Below are positions 42,201-51,536 of a stretch of DNA of 64,000 nucleotides, one piece after another; within the stretch, counting starts at the first letter, position 1; each line of letters begins with the position of its first letter. Below the pieces are notes generated by a model that saw only the letters and a list, made by a program, of their open reading frames with translations, made no database searches and had not been told where the DNA came from. A program made the translations under genes and the position numbers. Source of the DNA: Solirubrobacteraceae bacterium. GTDB lineage: Bacteria > Actinomycetota > Thermoleophilia > Solirubrobacterales > Solirubrobacteraceae. Location of the stretch: assembly GCA_036269915.1 (NCBI GenBank), contig DATBDM010000131.1:4749-68748 (forward strand), read 5' to 3'.

Positions 42201-42501
42201 CATCACGTTCAGCGTGCCGCGCGCGTCGCTCGGCAACCCGGGTCCCGGCTGGGGCTTCACCGTCACGCTCACCTCGCAGGACGGCTTCAGCCCCGACCAG
42301 GCGCGCGCCTTCCAGTCGACGCCGCAGGGGTTCCAGCTCGGCGTCTGCGCGACCGCGAGCAGCGACCCGCACTGCACCGTGAACCCAAGCTCGGTGCCGA
42401 AGGTCATGGACACGATCACACCCGCCGGGACCAGCCAGGCCGACGAGCTCGACTACACCGTGCACAACCCGGTGACGCTGCAGCCGGTGGTGGTGCCGTG
42501 A
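39223..42501 (+). CDS. secreted GH15 glucoamylase/glucodextranase-like enzyme with C-terminal extension domains
   Basis: Signal peptide 'VVATAATVVGLTGSAQA'. [11 protein letters not shown]. 'YYVSAFAVKAAEDKTFPGAVSAALGSPWG', 'YREVFARDLYE', 'DGSMPRNS', 'QLDECAYPLVMA', 'GPERWEEQSGFSPSTISAEIAGL', 'GFYRYNGDGYG', 'LWPVLAGERGQYEL', 'IPEQAW', 'PLTWSAAQFVRL'. The tail 'GDDHGPGNYAYPTD...FDIEQFQV' resembles the glucodextranase C-terminal domain. Confidence 0.85.
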   Translation: MRKFWMVVATAATVVGLTGSAQAQQPSPSGTASGQPGALSHYGLARKDCIGTARDRRSKTWFTVADGVLSDVLFPTADNTNVETLQYVVTDGSSFTDLQTRDMTYRVAATDDRALTCRVTATAKSGRYRIVTDYVTDPDRSTVVMRTHFDALRGKASDYKLYVRFDPNLNGNGGGGADNAGSDSGTVARSGGHTLLIGSDPVTATNAANRDYAIPVYSALDTDRGFRQVSNGYAGTSSDGLTQLDAAHALTTPTADAPKGNLVQTAQVDLAHGDATLALGFGDSQAHAVGAAQGSLGERYDKLARDYASTWHDYARTLDRPKRPRGTSESAWRSLVDEYYVSAFAVKAAEDKTFPGAVSAALGSPWGQAVSAGDPARTYFGSYREVFARDLYEAWSSLFVAGDRGTARAMTRFLFERQQLPDGSMPRNSLTNGKVAPDSFNTQLDECAYPLVMALASGFTSRSFYEAHIKRAANFVATRGPSFGPERWEEQSGFSPSTISAEIAGLLAAATIADRNGDARSARVWRGVADEFQRNLKRWTLTTNGPLSNRPYFIRLSKDGDPNAATSYSLGNSDRPPVDQRSVIDDGFLEYARLGVMSPRDADLVRSLDVVDATILRHTSSGDGFYRYNGDGYGDGASDGHPWEPSHKGDGHLWPVLAGERGQYELDTGDSQAAVRRLQAMDAMGSGVGLIPEQAWELADLARSPFGTPPETASIGFVNGKPAGSVAPLTWSAAQFVRLTADVSAQAILDRPRQTTNRYVRHTQRQTALTVDAPADRTIVTSPVTVAGTSTPGNRITIAASNLDENTATTTTEITVGSSGSFSVPVALTGGRSVLNIVATSPSGATARAVRTVVVLAATAPVIFQADDPSGDDHGPGNYAYPTDPQFHDGAFDIEQFQVLDTGDTVTFRVRTRDLTPTFGSPLGAQLVDVYVHVPGASPTSTAASFPGRNHTIAPGGAWSRLLEVQGFGQRYVDASGNTLGTIDIRADDISRYITFSVPRASLGNPGPGWGFTVTLTSQDGFSPDQARAFQSTPQGFQLGVCATASSDPHCTVNPSSVPKVMDTITPAGTSQADELDYTVHNPVTLQPVVVP

Positions 42502-42504
42502 GGC

Positions 42505-43059
42505 TCAGTCCGCCGCTGCCGCGGCGGCCCGCATGCGCGCCTTGTAGGCGCGCTTGCCGGCCTGGTAGGCCGCGAGTGACTCGTGCGAGTCCACGTCCCC
42601 GAGCGTCGGATGCGCTGGGACGAGCGGCCGGGCCAGCTCGACGCCGAAGCGGTTGGCCAGGACCGCCCCGAGCGCCTTGACCTTCATCTCCCCGAAGCCG
42701 GGGAGCGCCTCGAGGTTCGCCCTGAGCTCCGCGGTGCTCGCGGCGCCGGTCCACACCCGCGCGGCGTCGCCGTCGTAGCGCTCCGAGACATGGGCGACGA
42801 GCGCGTGCACCCGCGTCGCCATCGCGCCGGGGAAGCGGTGGATCGCGGGGCGCTCGCGGAAGATCGGCTCGAGGTCGAGCGCCGACAGCTCGCCCGCGTC
42901 GAGCGTGCCGGCGCGCTCGCGCAGCACGAGCGGCCCGCTGAACGCCTTCTGGACGGTCACCTGCTGGTCGAGCGCGAAGCCGATCAGCAGCGCGAGCGGG
43001 TCCGTGGCGATCAGCGCGTTGGCCTCGTCGGAGTCGGTGAAGTAGAGGCGCTCGACCAT
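42505..43059 (-). CDS. HhH-GPD superfamily base-excision-repair-like protein
   Basis: 184 aa from ATG 43059 inside ORF 42505..44562. 'LALLIGFALDQQVTVQKAFSGP', 'RFPGAMATRVHALVAHVSERYDGDAARVW', 'LPGFGEMKVKALGAVL'. Confidence 0.65.
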   Translation of the reverse strand: MVERLYFTDSDEANALIATDPLALLIGFALDQQVTVQKAFSGPLVLRERAGTLDAGELSALDLEPIFRERPAIHRFPGAMATRVHALVAHVSERYDGDAARVWTGAASTAELRANLEALPGFGEMKVKALGAVLANRFGVELARPLVPAHPTLGDVDSHESLAAYQAGKRAYKARMRAAAAAAD

Positions 43060-43085
43060 GCCGCCATGGTCCCACACCCCCGGCG

Positions 43086-44834
43086 TCACGCCCAGAGCCG
43101 GCGGCCGAGGCCGGAGGCGCGGGCGACCGGGCGCGCGACCGCGGCGCGGATCGCCGCCTCGCCGCCCACCACGATCAGCTGCTCCCGCGCGCGCGTCACC
43201 GCGGTGTAGAGCAGCTCGCGCGTGAGCAGCGGGGAGTCCGGCTCGGGCAGCACGACCGCGGCGGTGTCGAACTGCGAGCCCTGGCTCTTGTGCACCGTCA
43301 TCGCGTAGACGGTCTCGACCGCGGCGAGCCGCGACGGGCTGATCTCGGCGACGTCGCCGTGGCGCTCGAACGCTGCGGTCACGGTCCCGTCGCCGCGCGC
43401 GACGACCGCGCCCGTGTCGCCGTTGTAGAGCCGCAGGCCGTAGTCGTTCTCGGTGACGAGCAGCGGCCGGCCGGGGTACCAGTCGCCGAACGCGCCGAAC
43501 CCGGGGATCGCGTGCGCGAGCCAGCTCTCGATGCGCTCCGTCCACGCCTGGACGCCGAATGGCCCGCGCCGGTGAGCGCACAGCACGCGGAAGGCGCCGA
43601 GGGCCGCGATCGCGCCCGCGCCGTCGCCCTCCAGCGCGGCCGCGCGGATGCGGCGCGCCGCGGCGACGACCTGCTCGCGCACGGGCGCCAGGCCGGCGTC
43701 CCCGGCCGTGTCGGTGTCGATCCAGGTGATGGCACGGAGCGCGTCGAGGACGGCGTCGGCGTCGCCGCGGCGGATCGCCTCGGCGACCGTCGCGATGGCG
43801 CCGCCGTAGCGGTGCACCCGGTCGAGCACCACGATGCCGCGCTCGGGCGCGGAGCCGCCCGGGCCGACGATGTCGCCGAGCACCGCGCCGGCCTCGATCG
43901 AGGTCAGCTGGCCCGGATCGCCGACCAGGATCAGCCGCGCGTCGGGCCGCACCGCCTCCACGAGCCTCGCCATCAGCGAGAGCGAGACCATCGAGGTCTC
44001 GTCGACGATCACGACGTCGTGCGGGAGCCGGTTGGCGCGGTCGTGGCGGAAGCGGCTGTGGGTGCCGGGCTGCCAGCCGAGCAGGCGGTGCAACGTCGAC
44101 GCGTCGAGCGCCAGCAGCCGCTCGCGCACCGCCTCGTCGACGTCGAGCGCCTCCGCCTCGGCGTGCACGGCCTCCGCGAGCCGGGCGGCCGCCTTGCCGG
44201 TCGGCGCGGCGAGCGCGATCAGCGGCGCGCCGCCCGGCTCGAGCAGCAGCGCGACGATGCGCGCGACCGTCGTCGTCTTGCCCGTGCCGGGCCCGCCCGC
44301 GACGACCGCGAAGCGGCGCCGGACCGCGGTCGCCGCGGCGAGCCGCTGGCGCGCGTCGCCGGCGCCGGCGAACAGCCGGTCGAGCACGGCCTCGCTCGGC
44401 TCCGCCCCCGGGGCGGCGGCGAGCGCGCGCAGGTCCTCGGCCAGCCTGCGCTCCTCGCGCCAGTAGCGGTCGAGGTAGAGCGCGTCCTCGTCGAGCCGCA
44501 ACGGGCCGCCGAGCAACGGGCTCGCCGCGACGCGCCGGCGCCACTGCGCCGGCTCGGGCCACGGCAGCCCGGACAGGTCGACCGGGTCGTCGGCGTCGAC
44601 CGTCGCCGTGTCGCGGATCGTCGCGAGGTCGACGTAGACGTGCCCCAGCCGCGGCGCCCGCACCGCGAGCGCGACGGCGAGGGCGACCGAGGGGTCCGTC
44701 TCGCCGACCAGCGCGGCGAGCCGGCGCGCGACGTGCACGTCGGCGGGAGCGAGCACGCCCGCGTCGTTGAACTCGCGCAGCAGCGCGGGCGCGGCGAGCG
44801 CGCGGCGCGCGTCGTAGGGGTCGATCGCCGTCAT
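43086..44834 (-). CDS. recD: exodeoxyribonuclease V alpha subunit
   Basis: 582 aa from ATG 44834 inside ORF 43086..48398. 'FAVVAGGPGTGKTTTV', 'ALAAPTGKAAARL', 'STLHRLLG', 'DVVIVDETSMVSL', 'LILVGDPGQLTSIEAG', 'YAMTVHKSQGSQF', 'RELLYTAVTRAREQL'. Confidence 0.92.
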   Translation of the reverse strand: MTAIDPYDARRALAAPALLREFNDAGVLAPADVHVARRLAALVGETDPSVALAVALAVRAPRLGHVYVDLATIRDTATVDADDPVDLSGLPWPEPAQWRRRVAASPLLGGPLRLDEDALYLDRYWREERRLAEDLRALAAAPGAEPSEAVLDRLFAGAGDARQRLAAATAVRRRFAVVAGGPGTGKTTTVARIVALLLEPGGAPLIALAAPTGKAAARLAEAVHAEAEALDVDEAVRERLLALDASTLHRLLGWQPGTHSRFRHDRANRLPHDVVIVDETSMVSLSLMARLVEAVRPDARLILVGDPGQLTSIEAGAVLGDIVGPGGSAPERGIVVLDRVHRYGGAIATVAEAIRRGDADAVLDALRAITWIDTDTAGDAGLAPVREQVVAAARRIRAAALEGDGAGAIAALGAFRVLCAHRRGPFGVQAWTERIESWLAHAIPGFGAFGDWYPGRPLLVTENDYGLRLYNGDTGAVVARGDGTVTAAFERHGDVAEISPSRLAAVETVYAMTVHKSQGSQFDTAAVVLPEPDSPLLTRELLYTAVTRAREQLIVVGGEAAIRAAVARPVARASGLGRRLWA

Positions 44835-47800
44835 CGCCCGCCTCCGTCGAGCACGTCGCTGAGCGCGACCACGAGCGCGGCCGGCGGGCGCCAGGCGAAC
44901 ACGCCGCAGGGCACGCCGTCGACCACCGGCGTCGCCGGCCCGGTCATCCCCCGCAGGAACAGGTAGAGCACGCCGGCGAGGTTGCGCTCGGGGTCGTAGC
45001 CCGCGAGCCGCCAGCGCAGGAAGCGGTGCAGCGCGACCGTGTAGAGCAGCGCCTGCAGCGCGTAGTGCGCGCGCTCCATCTCGGCGGCGAGCACCTCCGG
45101 GCGGTGGTGCCAGGCGGTGAGCGGCTCGCCGGGCGGCGCGAGCCGGTTGGTCTTGTAGTCGACGACGGCGTAGCGATCGCCCGCACGCGCGACGAGATCG
45201 ATGCTGCCGGTCACGTAGCCGCGCACGCTGCGCCGCAGCACCGGGTCGGCGAGCCGGTCGGCGTAGCCCGCGAGCGGATCGTCCGCGGGCAGCTCGGCGC
45301 GCAGGACGGCGGCGATCGCGTCGAGCGCGACGCGGCCGGTCGGCCGGTCGCCCCCGGCCAGCGGGAACTCGAAGTCGAGCTCGTCGAGCCGGTCGCCGCG
45401 GACGAGGTCGCGCAGCCGCGCGCCGCCGAGCACTGGGCCGAGCGGCGTCTCGAGCGCCGCGCGCAGCCCGGCTCTCGTCACGGCCGGATCGCCGATCTCC
45501 GCGGGGCGCCGTGCCTGCACCGCGGCCACCCGCTCGGCGAGCTCGGCGTCGAGGTCGCCCGCGGCGAAGTCCGTCGCCTCGAGCACGCGATGCACGAAGG
45601 TGCCGACCTCCGTGCCGACCGGCATGTCGCCGAGCAGCGACGGCGTCGCGCGCAGCGCCTGGTCGCCCTCGGGCGCGACCGCGACGACCGCGCCGTCCGG
45701 CTCGTCCGCGACGACCGCCTCCTCGGGCTCGGACGCGACGCGCGACTCGTACGCGCCCGCGGTGATGTCGGAGAACGACGTCCGCCGCCAACTCGGGTCG
45801 AGGCTGCGGCCGAAGCGCGCGGCGGTCAGCGCCGAGGCATCGCGCAGGCGGCCCGACCATGCGAGCGGCAGCCCCGGCGCGGCGCGCTCGACGGCGAGGC
45901 AGCCCGGGGTGAGCGCGGCGAGTGCCTCGAAGCGCTGGGTCGCCGCGGCGTCCGTCGGGCGCGTCCGGCCGGCCCACGCCACCGTCCCGTCGTCCTCGCG
46001 GGCGAAGACGAGGCGGCCGAGCGCTGAGTGCTGGCTGGTCGCCGACCCGACCCACCAGACGATCGCGCGGTGGCGCGCACGGGTCAGCGCGACGTAGGCG
46101 AGCCGCAGGTCCTCGCCGCGCTGCTCGACGAGCGCGAGGCGCTTGTGGTCGCGGTAGTCCGCACCGTCGAGCCCGACGTCGAGCACGCGGCGCTCGCCCT
46201 GCGCCGGGTCGTGGAAGGCGACCGGGACGGCCTCCTCGGTGATCCACGTCGGCTCCCACAGGTCGGGGCAGTAGACGACCGGGAACTCGAGCCCCTTGCT
46301 GCGGTGGATCGTCAGCACCTGCACGGCCTCGGCGTCGGACTCGAGGCGGCGCGAGCGGTCCTCGTCGCCGGTGTCCTGCGCGGCCTCCGCGATCCGCCGC
46401 CGCAGCCAGCCGGTCAGCGCGGTCGGGCCGAGCTGCTCGCTGACCGCCGCGGCGTGCAGCAGCTGGGCGACGTGGCGCAGGTCGGTGAGCCGCCGCTCCC
46501 CGTCGGCGCCGGACAGCACCCGCTCGGGGAGACCCTCGACGAGCGAGATCGTCTCGGCCAGCGACGCGACGCCCTGGACGCGCAGCGCCCGCGCCCAGCC
46601 GTGCAGGCGCCGGTGGACCTCCTCCCACGCGCCCTCGTCCGCGGTCGCGACCCGCTCGGGCGTCCAGCCGAGGAACGGGGTCAGCGCGGCGCCGCGCGCC
46701 CGGCGGTCGTCGGTCGGGCGCTCGACCGCCTCGAGCAGTCGCAGCCACTCGAGCGCCGAGCGGGTGCCGAACACGCTCCCCGCCCCGTTGATCACCGCGG
46801 GGACGCGGACGGCGTCGAGCGCGTCCCGGACCTGCGCGGCGTTGCGGTTGGTGCGCACGAGCACCGCGACGTCGCCGGGCCGGATCGCCGTGCCGTCGGG
46901 CAGCGTGGCGCCCGAGGCGAGCAGCGCGACGAGGTCGGCGGCGAGGTCGCGGGCGACGAACTCGCGCGCGGCGGGCGCGCTCGCGTAGCCGCCCGGCGTG
47001 CGGCGCACGTCCTCGCGGTCGAGCACGCGAACGCGCAGGGGCGCGCCGGGGAGCTCGGCGCGGCGCCGGCCGGCGGCTGCGCGCACCGTGCGGTAGACGA
47101 TCCCCTCGTGGCCGAGCCGCGCGCCGCCGAACAGCGCGTCGTAGGCGTCGAGCAGCCCCTGGTCGCTGCGCCAGTTGACGTCGAGCGTCGCCTGCGCGCC
47201 GGCGTCGCGCGCGGCCTCCAGGTAGGCGTAGACGTCGGCGCCGCGGAACGCGTAGATCGCCTGCTTCGGATCCCCGATGAGCACGAGCGTCGAGCCGCCG
47301 AACGCGCGGCGCATGATGTTCCACTGCACCGGGTCGGTGTCCTGGAACTCGTCGACGAGCACGACGTGCCAGCGGGCCCGCAGCCGCCGGGCGATCGCGT
47401 CGCCGCCGGGGCTGGAGAGGATCCCGTCGAGCCGGGTGAGCAGGTCGTCGTAGGTCAGGACGCCCATGCGCCGCTTGCGCCGCTCGAGCTCCTGCCGGAC
47501 GGCGCCGGCGAGCCGCGCGCGCATGCCGGGCGTGCCGCCCGCGCCGGCCGGCTCGATCGGCGCGGCCGGGTTGGCGACCGCGAGCGCCGCGATCCGCCCG
47601 GCCTCCGCGCGTGTGAACGCGGGCGTCCCCTCTGCGTGGAAGCGGCGCACGTAGAGGTCGTCGACGACCTCCTCGACGAGGTCCTCGACGTCCTCCAGGA
47701 ACGTCCCGTCGCCGTCCGCGTCGCCCGCCAGCCCGAGCCCGCCGAGCACCTCCTGGCAGAAGCCGTGGGTGGTGGCGATCGTGCCCGCGTCGAAGTCCGC

Positions 47801-48139
47801 CAGCGCGCCAGCGAGGCGCGCGCGGCGCATCTCGACCTGCTCGCGCGCGCCCTCGGCGAGCAGCCGGACGACCTCGTCCTCGTCGTCGAGCGGCTTCCCG
47901 GCGAGATGACGGCCGAGCGCCTGCTCGGCGCCGATCAGCCGCTCGCGGACGCGCTCGCGCAGCTCGCCGGTCGCCATCCGCGTGAAGGTGACGAGCAGGA
48001 GCTTGTCGAGCGTCGTCCCCTCGGCGACGTAGCGCGCCGCGAGCGCCGCGATCGTGTACGTCTTGCCCGTGCCCGCGCTCGCCTCGAGCACGGTGACGCC
48101 GGTCGGGAGCGGCCCGCGGACGTCGAACGGCGCGGTCAT
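44831..48139 (-). CDS. recB: exodeoxyribonuclease V beta subunit (helicase-nuclease)
   Basis: 1102 aa from ATG 48139 inside ORF 44831..48643. 'VLEASAGTGKTYTIA', 'LVTFTRMATGELR', 'TTHGFC', 'VVLVDEFQDTDPVQW', 'LIGDPKQAIYAFRGAD', 'NWRS', 'VLTIHRSKGLEFPVVY', 'LAYVALTRARH', nuclease motif 'GYVTGSIDLV....YAVVDYKTN'. ATGA overlaps with both recC and recD. Confidence 0.93.
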   Translation of the reverse strand: MTAPFDVRGPLPTGVTVLEASAGTGKTYTIAALAARYVAEGTTLDKLLLVTFTRMATGELRERVRERLIGAEQALGRHLAGKPLDDEDEVVRLLAEGAREQVEMRRARLAGALADFDAGTIATTHGFCQEVLGGLGLAGDADGDGTFLEDVEDLVEEVVDDLYVRRFHAEGTPAFTRAEAGRIAALAVANPAAPIEPAGAGGTPGMRARLAGAVRQELERRKRRMGVLTYDDLLTRLDGILSSPGGDAIARRLRARWHVVLVDEFQDTDPVQWNIMRRAFGGSTLVLIGDPKQAIYAFRGADVYAYLEAARDAGAQATLDVNWRSDQGLLDAYDALFGGARLGHEGIVYRTVRAAAGRRRAELPGAPLRVRVLDREDVRRTPGGYASAPAAREFVARDLAADLVALLASGATLPDGTAIRPGDVAVLVRTNRNAAQVRDALDAVRVPAVINGAGSVFGTRSALEWLRLLEAVERPTDDRRARGAALTPFLGWTPERVATADEGAWEEVHRRLHGWARALRVQGVASLAETISLVEGLPERVLSGADGERRLTDLRHVAQLLHAAAVSEQLGPTALTGWLRRRIAEAAQDTGDEDRSRRLESDAEAVQVLTIHRSKGLEFPVVYCPDLWEPTWITEEAVPVAFHDPAQGERRVLDVGLDGADYRDHKRLALVEQRGEDLRLAYVALTRARHRAIVWWVGSATSQHSALGRLVFAREDDGTVAWAGRTRPTDAAATQRFEALAALTPGCLAVERAAPGLPLAWSGRLRDASALTAARFGRSLDPSWRRTSFSDITAGAYESRVASEPEEAVVADEPDGAVVAVAPEGDQALRATPSLLGDMPVGTEVGTFVHRVLEATDFAAGDLDAELAERVAAVQARRPAEIGDPAVTRAGLRAALETPLGPVLGGARLRDLVRGDRLDELDFEFPLAGGDRPTGRVALDAIAAVLRAELPADDPLAGYADRLADPVLRRSVRGYVTGSIDLVARAGDRYAVVDYKTNRLAPPGEPLTAWHHRPEVLAAEMERAHYALQALLYTVALHRFLRWRLAGYDPERNLAGVLYLFLRGMTGPATPVVDGVPCGVFAWRPPAALVVALSDVLDGGGR

Positions 48140-51100
48140 CGCTCCTGCACCTCCTCGACGCCGAGCAGCCCGTCCCACAGGCGGCGTGCCCAGCGGCCGA
48201 AGCGGCGCGGCTCGGCCGGATCCCAGAACGCGCCCTGCTCGTCCGCACGGGCCGGCGCGTCGAGCAGCTCCTCGATGGTGCGCACGCCGTCGAAGGCGAG
48301 CACGTGCTCGGGCTCGGCGTCCTCGCGCGGGAACGACCAGGCCGACTCCCATTCGCGCTTGGCGGCGGCAAGCGGATCGCGGCCGCCACGCGCGGCACGG
48401 GCGTAGGCGGCCGAGGCGAGGCACGCGAGCGGCGGCGGCTCGCGCAGACCGCGATCGCGCAGGTCGGCGAGCACCTCCAGGTGGTCGAGCGCGAGCTCGC
48501 GGCGGGCGGCCGGATCGGCGTCGAGCAGCGGGATGCGCGCGACGGTCACCAGCGCGTCCGAGCCCGAGGGCGCGCGCCCGACGGTCAGCGCCTCGAACGG
48601 GCGCTCGGGATGCGCCGCCGTGAGCGCGAGCAGCCGGACCCACGCGGCGATCCGGTGGCGCGCGCTGACGCGCGAGTAGACGACCGTCCGCAGCACGTCA
48701 CCGACAAGCCCGGGCACGGTGCCGCTGAGGACGCGCCCGTCGCGCAGCGTGAGCTTGACGTCGAGCGAGCGCGTCTCGCCCTCGGGCACGTGGCCCATGA
48801 TCTCGGTGACCGCAGGCCACACGCCGTCGATCGCCGGCCGTCCGAGCACACCCGGCGGCAGCGTCCCGCGCGCGATCTCCGCCAGCGCCGCCTCGCGCTC
48901 GCCCGCGCCGGCGAGCCGCGCGCGCAGCAGCCGGTCGCCGACCTGCCAGCGCTCGAGCCCGTCGAGCTCGACCGCCATCGCGTCGTCGAGCTCGTCCGAG
49001 TAGTCCGCGACGGAGACGCCGAGCCGCTGGCGCAGAAACGCGCGCACGGGTCGCTCGACGAAGCGGACGAGATCGTCGAGCTCGATCAGCGGGCTGTCGA
49101 GCGGCGGCAGCGGCGCGGCCAGGAACGCGCGCGCGGCCGGCCGCTCGTCGGCGAGCGCCTGCGCCCCGCGCAGCGCCGTCCGATCGAAGCTCCACACCTC
49201 GCCGGGCACCAGCGCTCCGGGTTCGAAGTTGCGCGCGTCGAACGGCTGCAGCGGGTGGCGGACGACGACGTCGGCGCCCGTCACGGTGCGCTCGATCGTG
49301 TCGAGCAACTCGCCGACCGGGACGGCCGGCGGCCGTGGCAGGTTGGTGCGCTCGTCGTTGCCCTCGTAGGTGATCAGCAGCCGGTCGGTCGCGGCCATCA
49401 GCGCGTCGAGCAGCTGCTGGCGGTCCTCGGTGCGGGCGTCGCGCTCGCCGACGTGCTGGTCGGCCAGCATCAGGTCGTCGCCGTCGCGCGGCGCCTTGCG
49501 CGGGAAGACGCCGTCGTCGAGCCCGAGCTGGCAGACGACGCGATGCGGAACCGAGCGCATCGGCACGAGCGTGCAGATGGTCAGATGGCCGGTGCGGAAG
49601 TTCGCGCGGGTGGGGCGCCCGCGCAGCCGGTCGCCGAGCAGCGCGCGCAGCTCGGCCAGCGTCAGGGCGACGTCATGCCCCGCGGCCTCGGCGACCACGT
49701 CGTCGAGCAGCCGCTGCAGCTCTGCCCGCTGCCACGCGTCGCGCGGCGTGGTCGCGGCGAGTGCGTCCGCGGCGTCGCCGATCGCCTGCGCCCAGGCGTC
49801 GACGGGCTGGGCGCCGGCGAGCCGGTCGAGGCTCGCCTGCAGCCGGTCGACGAGCTCGGCGACGCGGCCGGCGAGGTCGATCGCGCCGCTGTCGACGTCG
49901 TCGAGCGGGAGCACGCCGGCGACGAGCCGCTGCTCGTCCTCGGTCATCGTCACACCGAGCAGCAGGCGGTCGAGGCCGAAGCGCCACGTGCCGGTCGGCA
50001 CGGCGTCGAGCTTGAACGGCGCGCGATGCGGCGCGTCGAGCCCCCAGCGGATTCCGCTCGCGCGCACCCACTGCTCGAGGCGCGCGAGGTCGTCGTCGTC
50101 GAGCCCGAAGCGCCTGCGCACGGGCTCGCGGTCGGCGAGGTCGACGACCTGCGAGGCGGTCAGCCGCTCGTCGGCGAGCTCGATCAGCCGGGCGACGACG
50201 CCCAGCAGCGGGTTGGTCTGGCGCAGCGAGCGGTCGGCGAGCCGCACGCGCAGGTCGGGCGGGCGCAGCTCGGGCGGCAGCGCCTCGACCTCGTCGTCGT
50301 CGGGCGCGATCTCCCCGGCGCCGAACGTCGCCTGGATCAGCGGCGCGAACGACTCGATGTCCGGGCACATGACGATCACGTCGCGCGGCTCGAGCGTCGG
50401 GTCGTCCTCGAGCAGGTGCAGGATCGCGTCGCGCAGCACCTCGACCTGGCGTGCCCGGCCGTGGCAGGCGTGGACCTGGACGGTGCGGTCGGCCGGGTCC
50501 AGCGCTGGGCGCCGGTCGGGCGCCGGCGCCGGGCGGTCCTCGCGGACGGCGGCCTGCAGGCGGGAGAGCAGCGTGTCGCGCCCGGTCGCGGCGACGGGAT
50601 GGTGGTGGTCGCGATGCGCGCTCGCGTGCTCGAGCACGAGCTGGAGCTCGCGGACGTCGTGACCCCAGGAGGCGAGCAGGCCGTTACGGGCGATCGACTT
50701 CGTCGGATCCGTCTCGCGGCGGGTCACGTCGTGTCCGGCGACCTGCTCCCACAGCGCGGGCGACGGATGCAGGACGAGCAGGTGGACGTCGCGGTGGGCG
50801 GCGAGCGCGTCGAGGACCGCCAGATGGCCGGCGGGCAGCCGGGTGAGGCCGAAGAGGGCGATCCGCGCGGGGAGGTCGACGAGGCCGGGCTGCTCCCGCA
50901 ACCGCCCGCACGCGCCCTCGATCCGCTCCGCCGGCCCGGGCACGGGGATCCGGTCGCGCAGCCGGCGCCAGAGCTCGGCCTGCCAGGCGGCGTCGTCCGC
51001 GATCCCGCCGTCGTCGCCGCGCGCCCACGCGCGCACGAGCTCGGGCCGGTGCAGCGCGTAGCGGTCGAAGAGGTCGGCGAGGTGGCGCATCGCGGCGTAC

Positions 51101-51498
51101 CGGCGCGCGGCGCGGTCGCCGTCGCTCCCGCCGAGGTGCTCGCCGAGCGCGCGCAGCCACGGCTCGCCGCGCGCCTCGTCCACGATCTCCAGCAGCGGCC
51201 AGACGGCGCGCTCGGGCAGCCACGGGTCCGCGTCGGGATCGATGCCCGACATGGCGGCGACGGCGTCGCCGACCAGCCGCCGCGGCGTCGGGAACTCCAC
51301 GCGGGCGCAGATGCCGTCGGCGCGCCCCGGCTGGGCGCCGAGGCCCGAGGACAGGCGCTGCGTCAGCCAGCGCTCCATCCCGCGGGTCGGGACCGCGACG
51401 ACCTCGGCGGCGAAGGGATCGCCGAGCGGCACGGCGAGCAGGTCGCCGAGCGCGCTCACCAGGCCGTCCGCCCGTTCGGCTCGATGGATGTGCAGCAC
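48136..51498 (-). CDS. recC: exodeoxyribonuclease V gamma subunit
   Basis: 1120 aa from GTG 51498. 'VVAVPTRGMERWLTQRLS', 'IALFGLTRLP', 'VQVHACHGRARQVEVLRDAILHLL', 'DVIVMCPDIESFAPLIQATFG', 'IRWGLD'. Its length and position upstream of recB-recD also fit. Confidence 0.9.
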   Translation of the reverse strand: MLHIHRAERADGLVSALGDLLAVPLGDPFAAEVVAVPTRGMERWLTQRLSSGLGAQPGRADGICARVEFPTPRRLVGDAVAAMSGIDPDADPWLPERAVWPLLEIVDEARGEPWLRALGEHLGGSDGDRAARRYAAMRHLADLFDRYALHRPELVRAWARGDDGGIADDAAWQAELWRRLRDRIPVPGPAERIEGACGRLREQPGLVDLPARIALFGLTRLPAGHLAVLDALAAHRDVHLLVLHPSPALWEQVAGHDVTRRETDPTKSIARNGLLASWGHDVRELQLVLEHASAHRDHHHPVAATGRDTLLSRLQAAVREDRPAPAPDRRPALDPADRTVQVHACHGRARQVEVLRDAILHLLEDDPTLEPRDVIVMCPDIESFAPLIQATFGAGEIAPDDDEVEALPPELRPPDLRVRLADRSLRQTNPLLGVVARLIELADERLTASQVVDLADREPVRRRFGLDDDDLARLEQWVRASGIRWGLDAPHRAPFKLDAVPTGTWRFGLDRLLLGVTMTEDEQRLVAGVLPLDDVDSGAIDLAGRVAELVDRLQASLDRLAGAQPVDAWAQAIGDAADALAATTPRDAWQRAELQRLLDDVVAEAAGHDVALTLAELRALLGDRLRGRPTRANFRTGHLTICTLVPMRSVPHRVVCQLGLDDGVFPRKAPRDGDDLMLADQHVGERDARTEDRQQLLDALMAATDRLLITYEGNDERTNLPRPPAVPVGELLDTIERTVTGADVVVRHPLQPFDARNFEPGALVPGEVWSFDRTALRGAQALADERPAARAFLAAPLPPLDSPLIELDDLVRFVERPVRAFLRQRLGVSVADYSDELDDAMAVELDGLERWQVGDRLLRARLAGAGEREAALAEIARGTLPPGVLGRPAIDGVWPAVTEIMGHVPEGETRSLDVKLTLRDGRVLSGTVPGLVGDVLRTVVYSRVSARHRIAAWVRLLALTAAHPERPFEALTVGRAPSGSDALVTVARIPLLDADPAARRELALDHLEVLADLRDRGLREPPPLACLASAAYARAARGGRDPLAAAKREWESAWSFPREDAEPEHVLAFDGVRTIEELLDAPARADEQGAFWDPAEPRRFGRWARRLWDGLLGVEEVQER

Positions 51499-51536
51499 GG
51501 CTCAGATCACCGTACGAAGCGCGGCGGACGCGCGCC

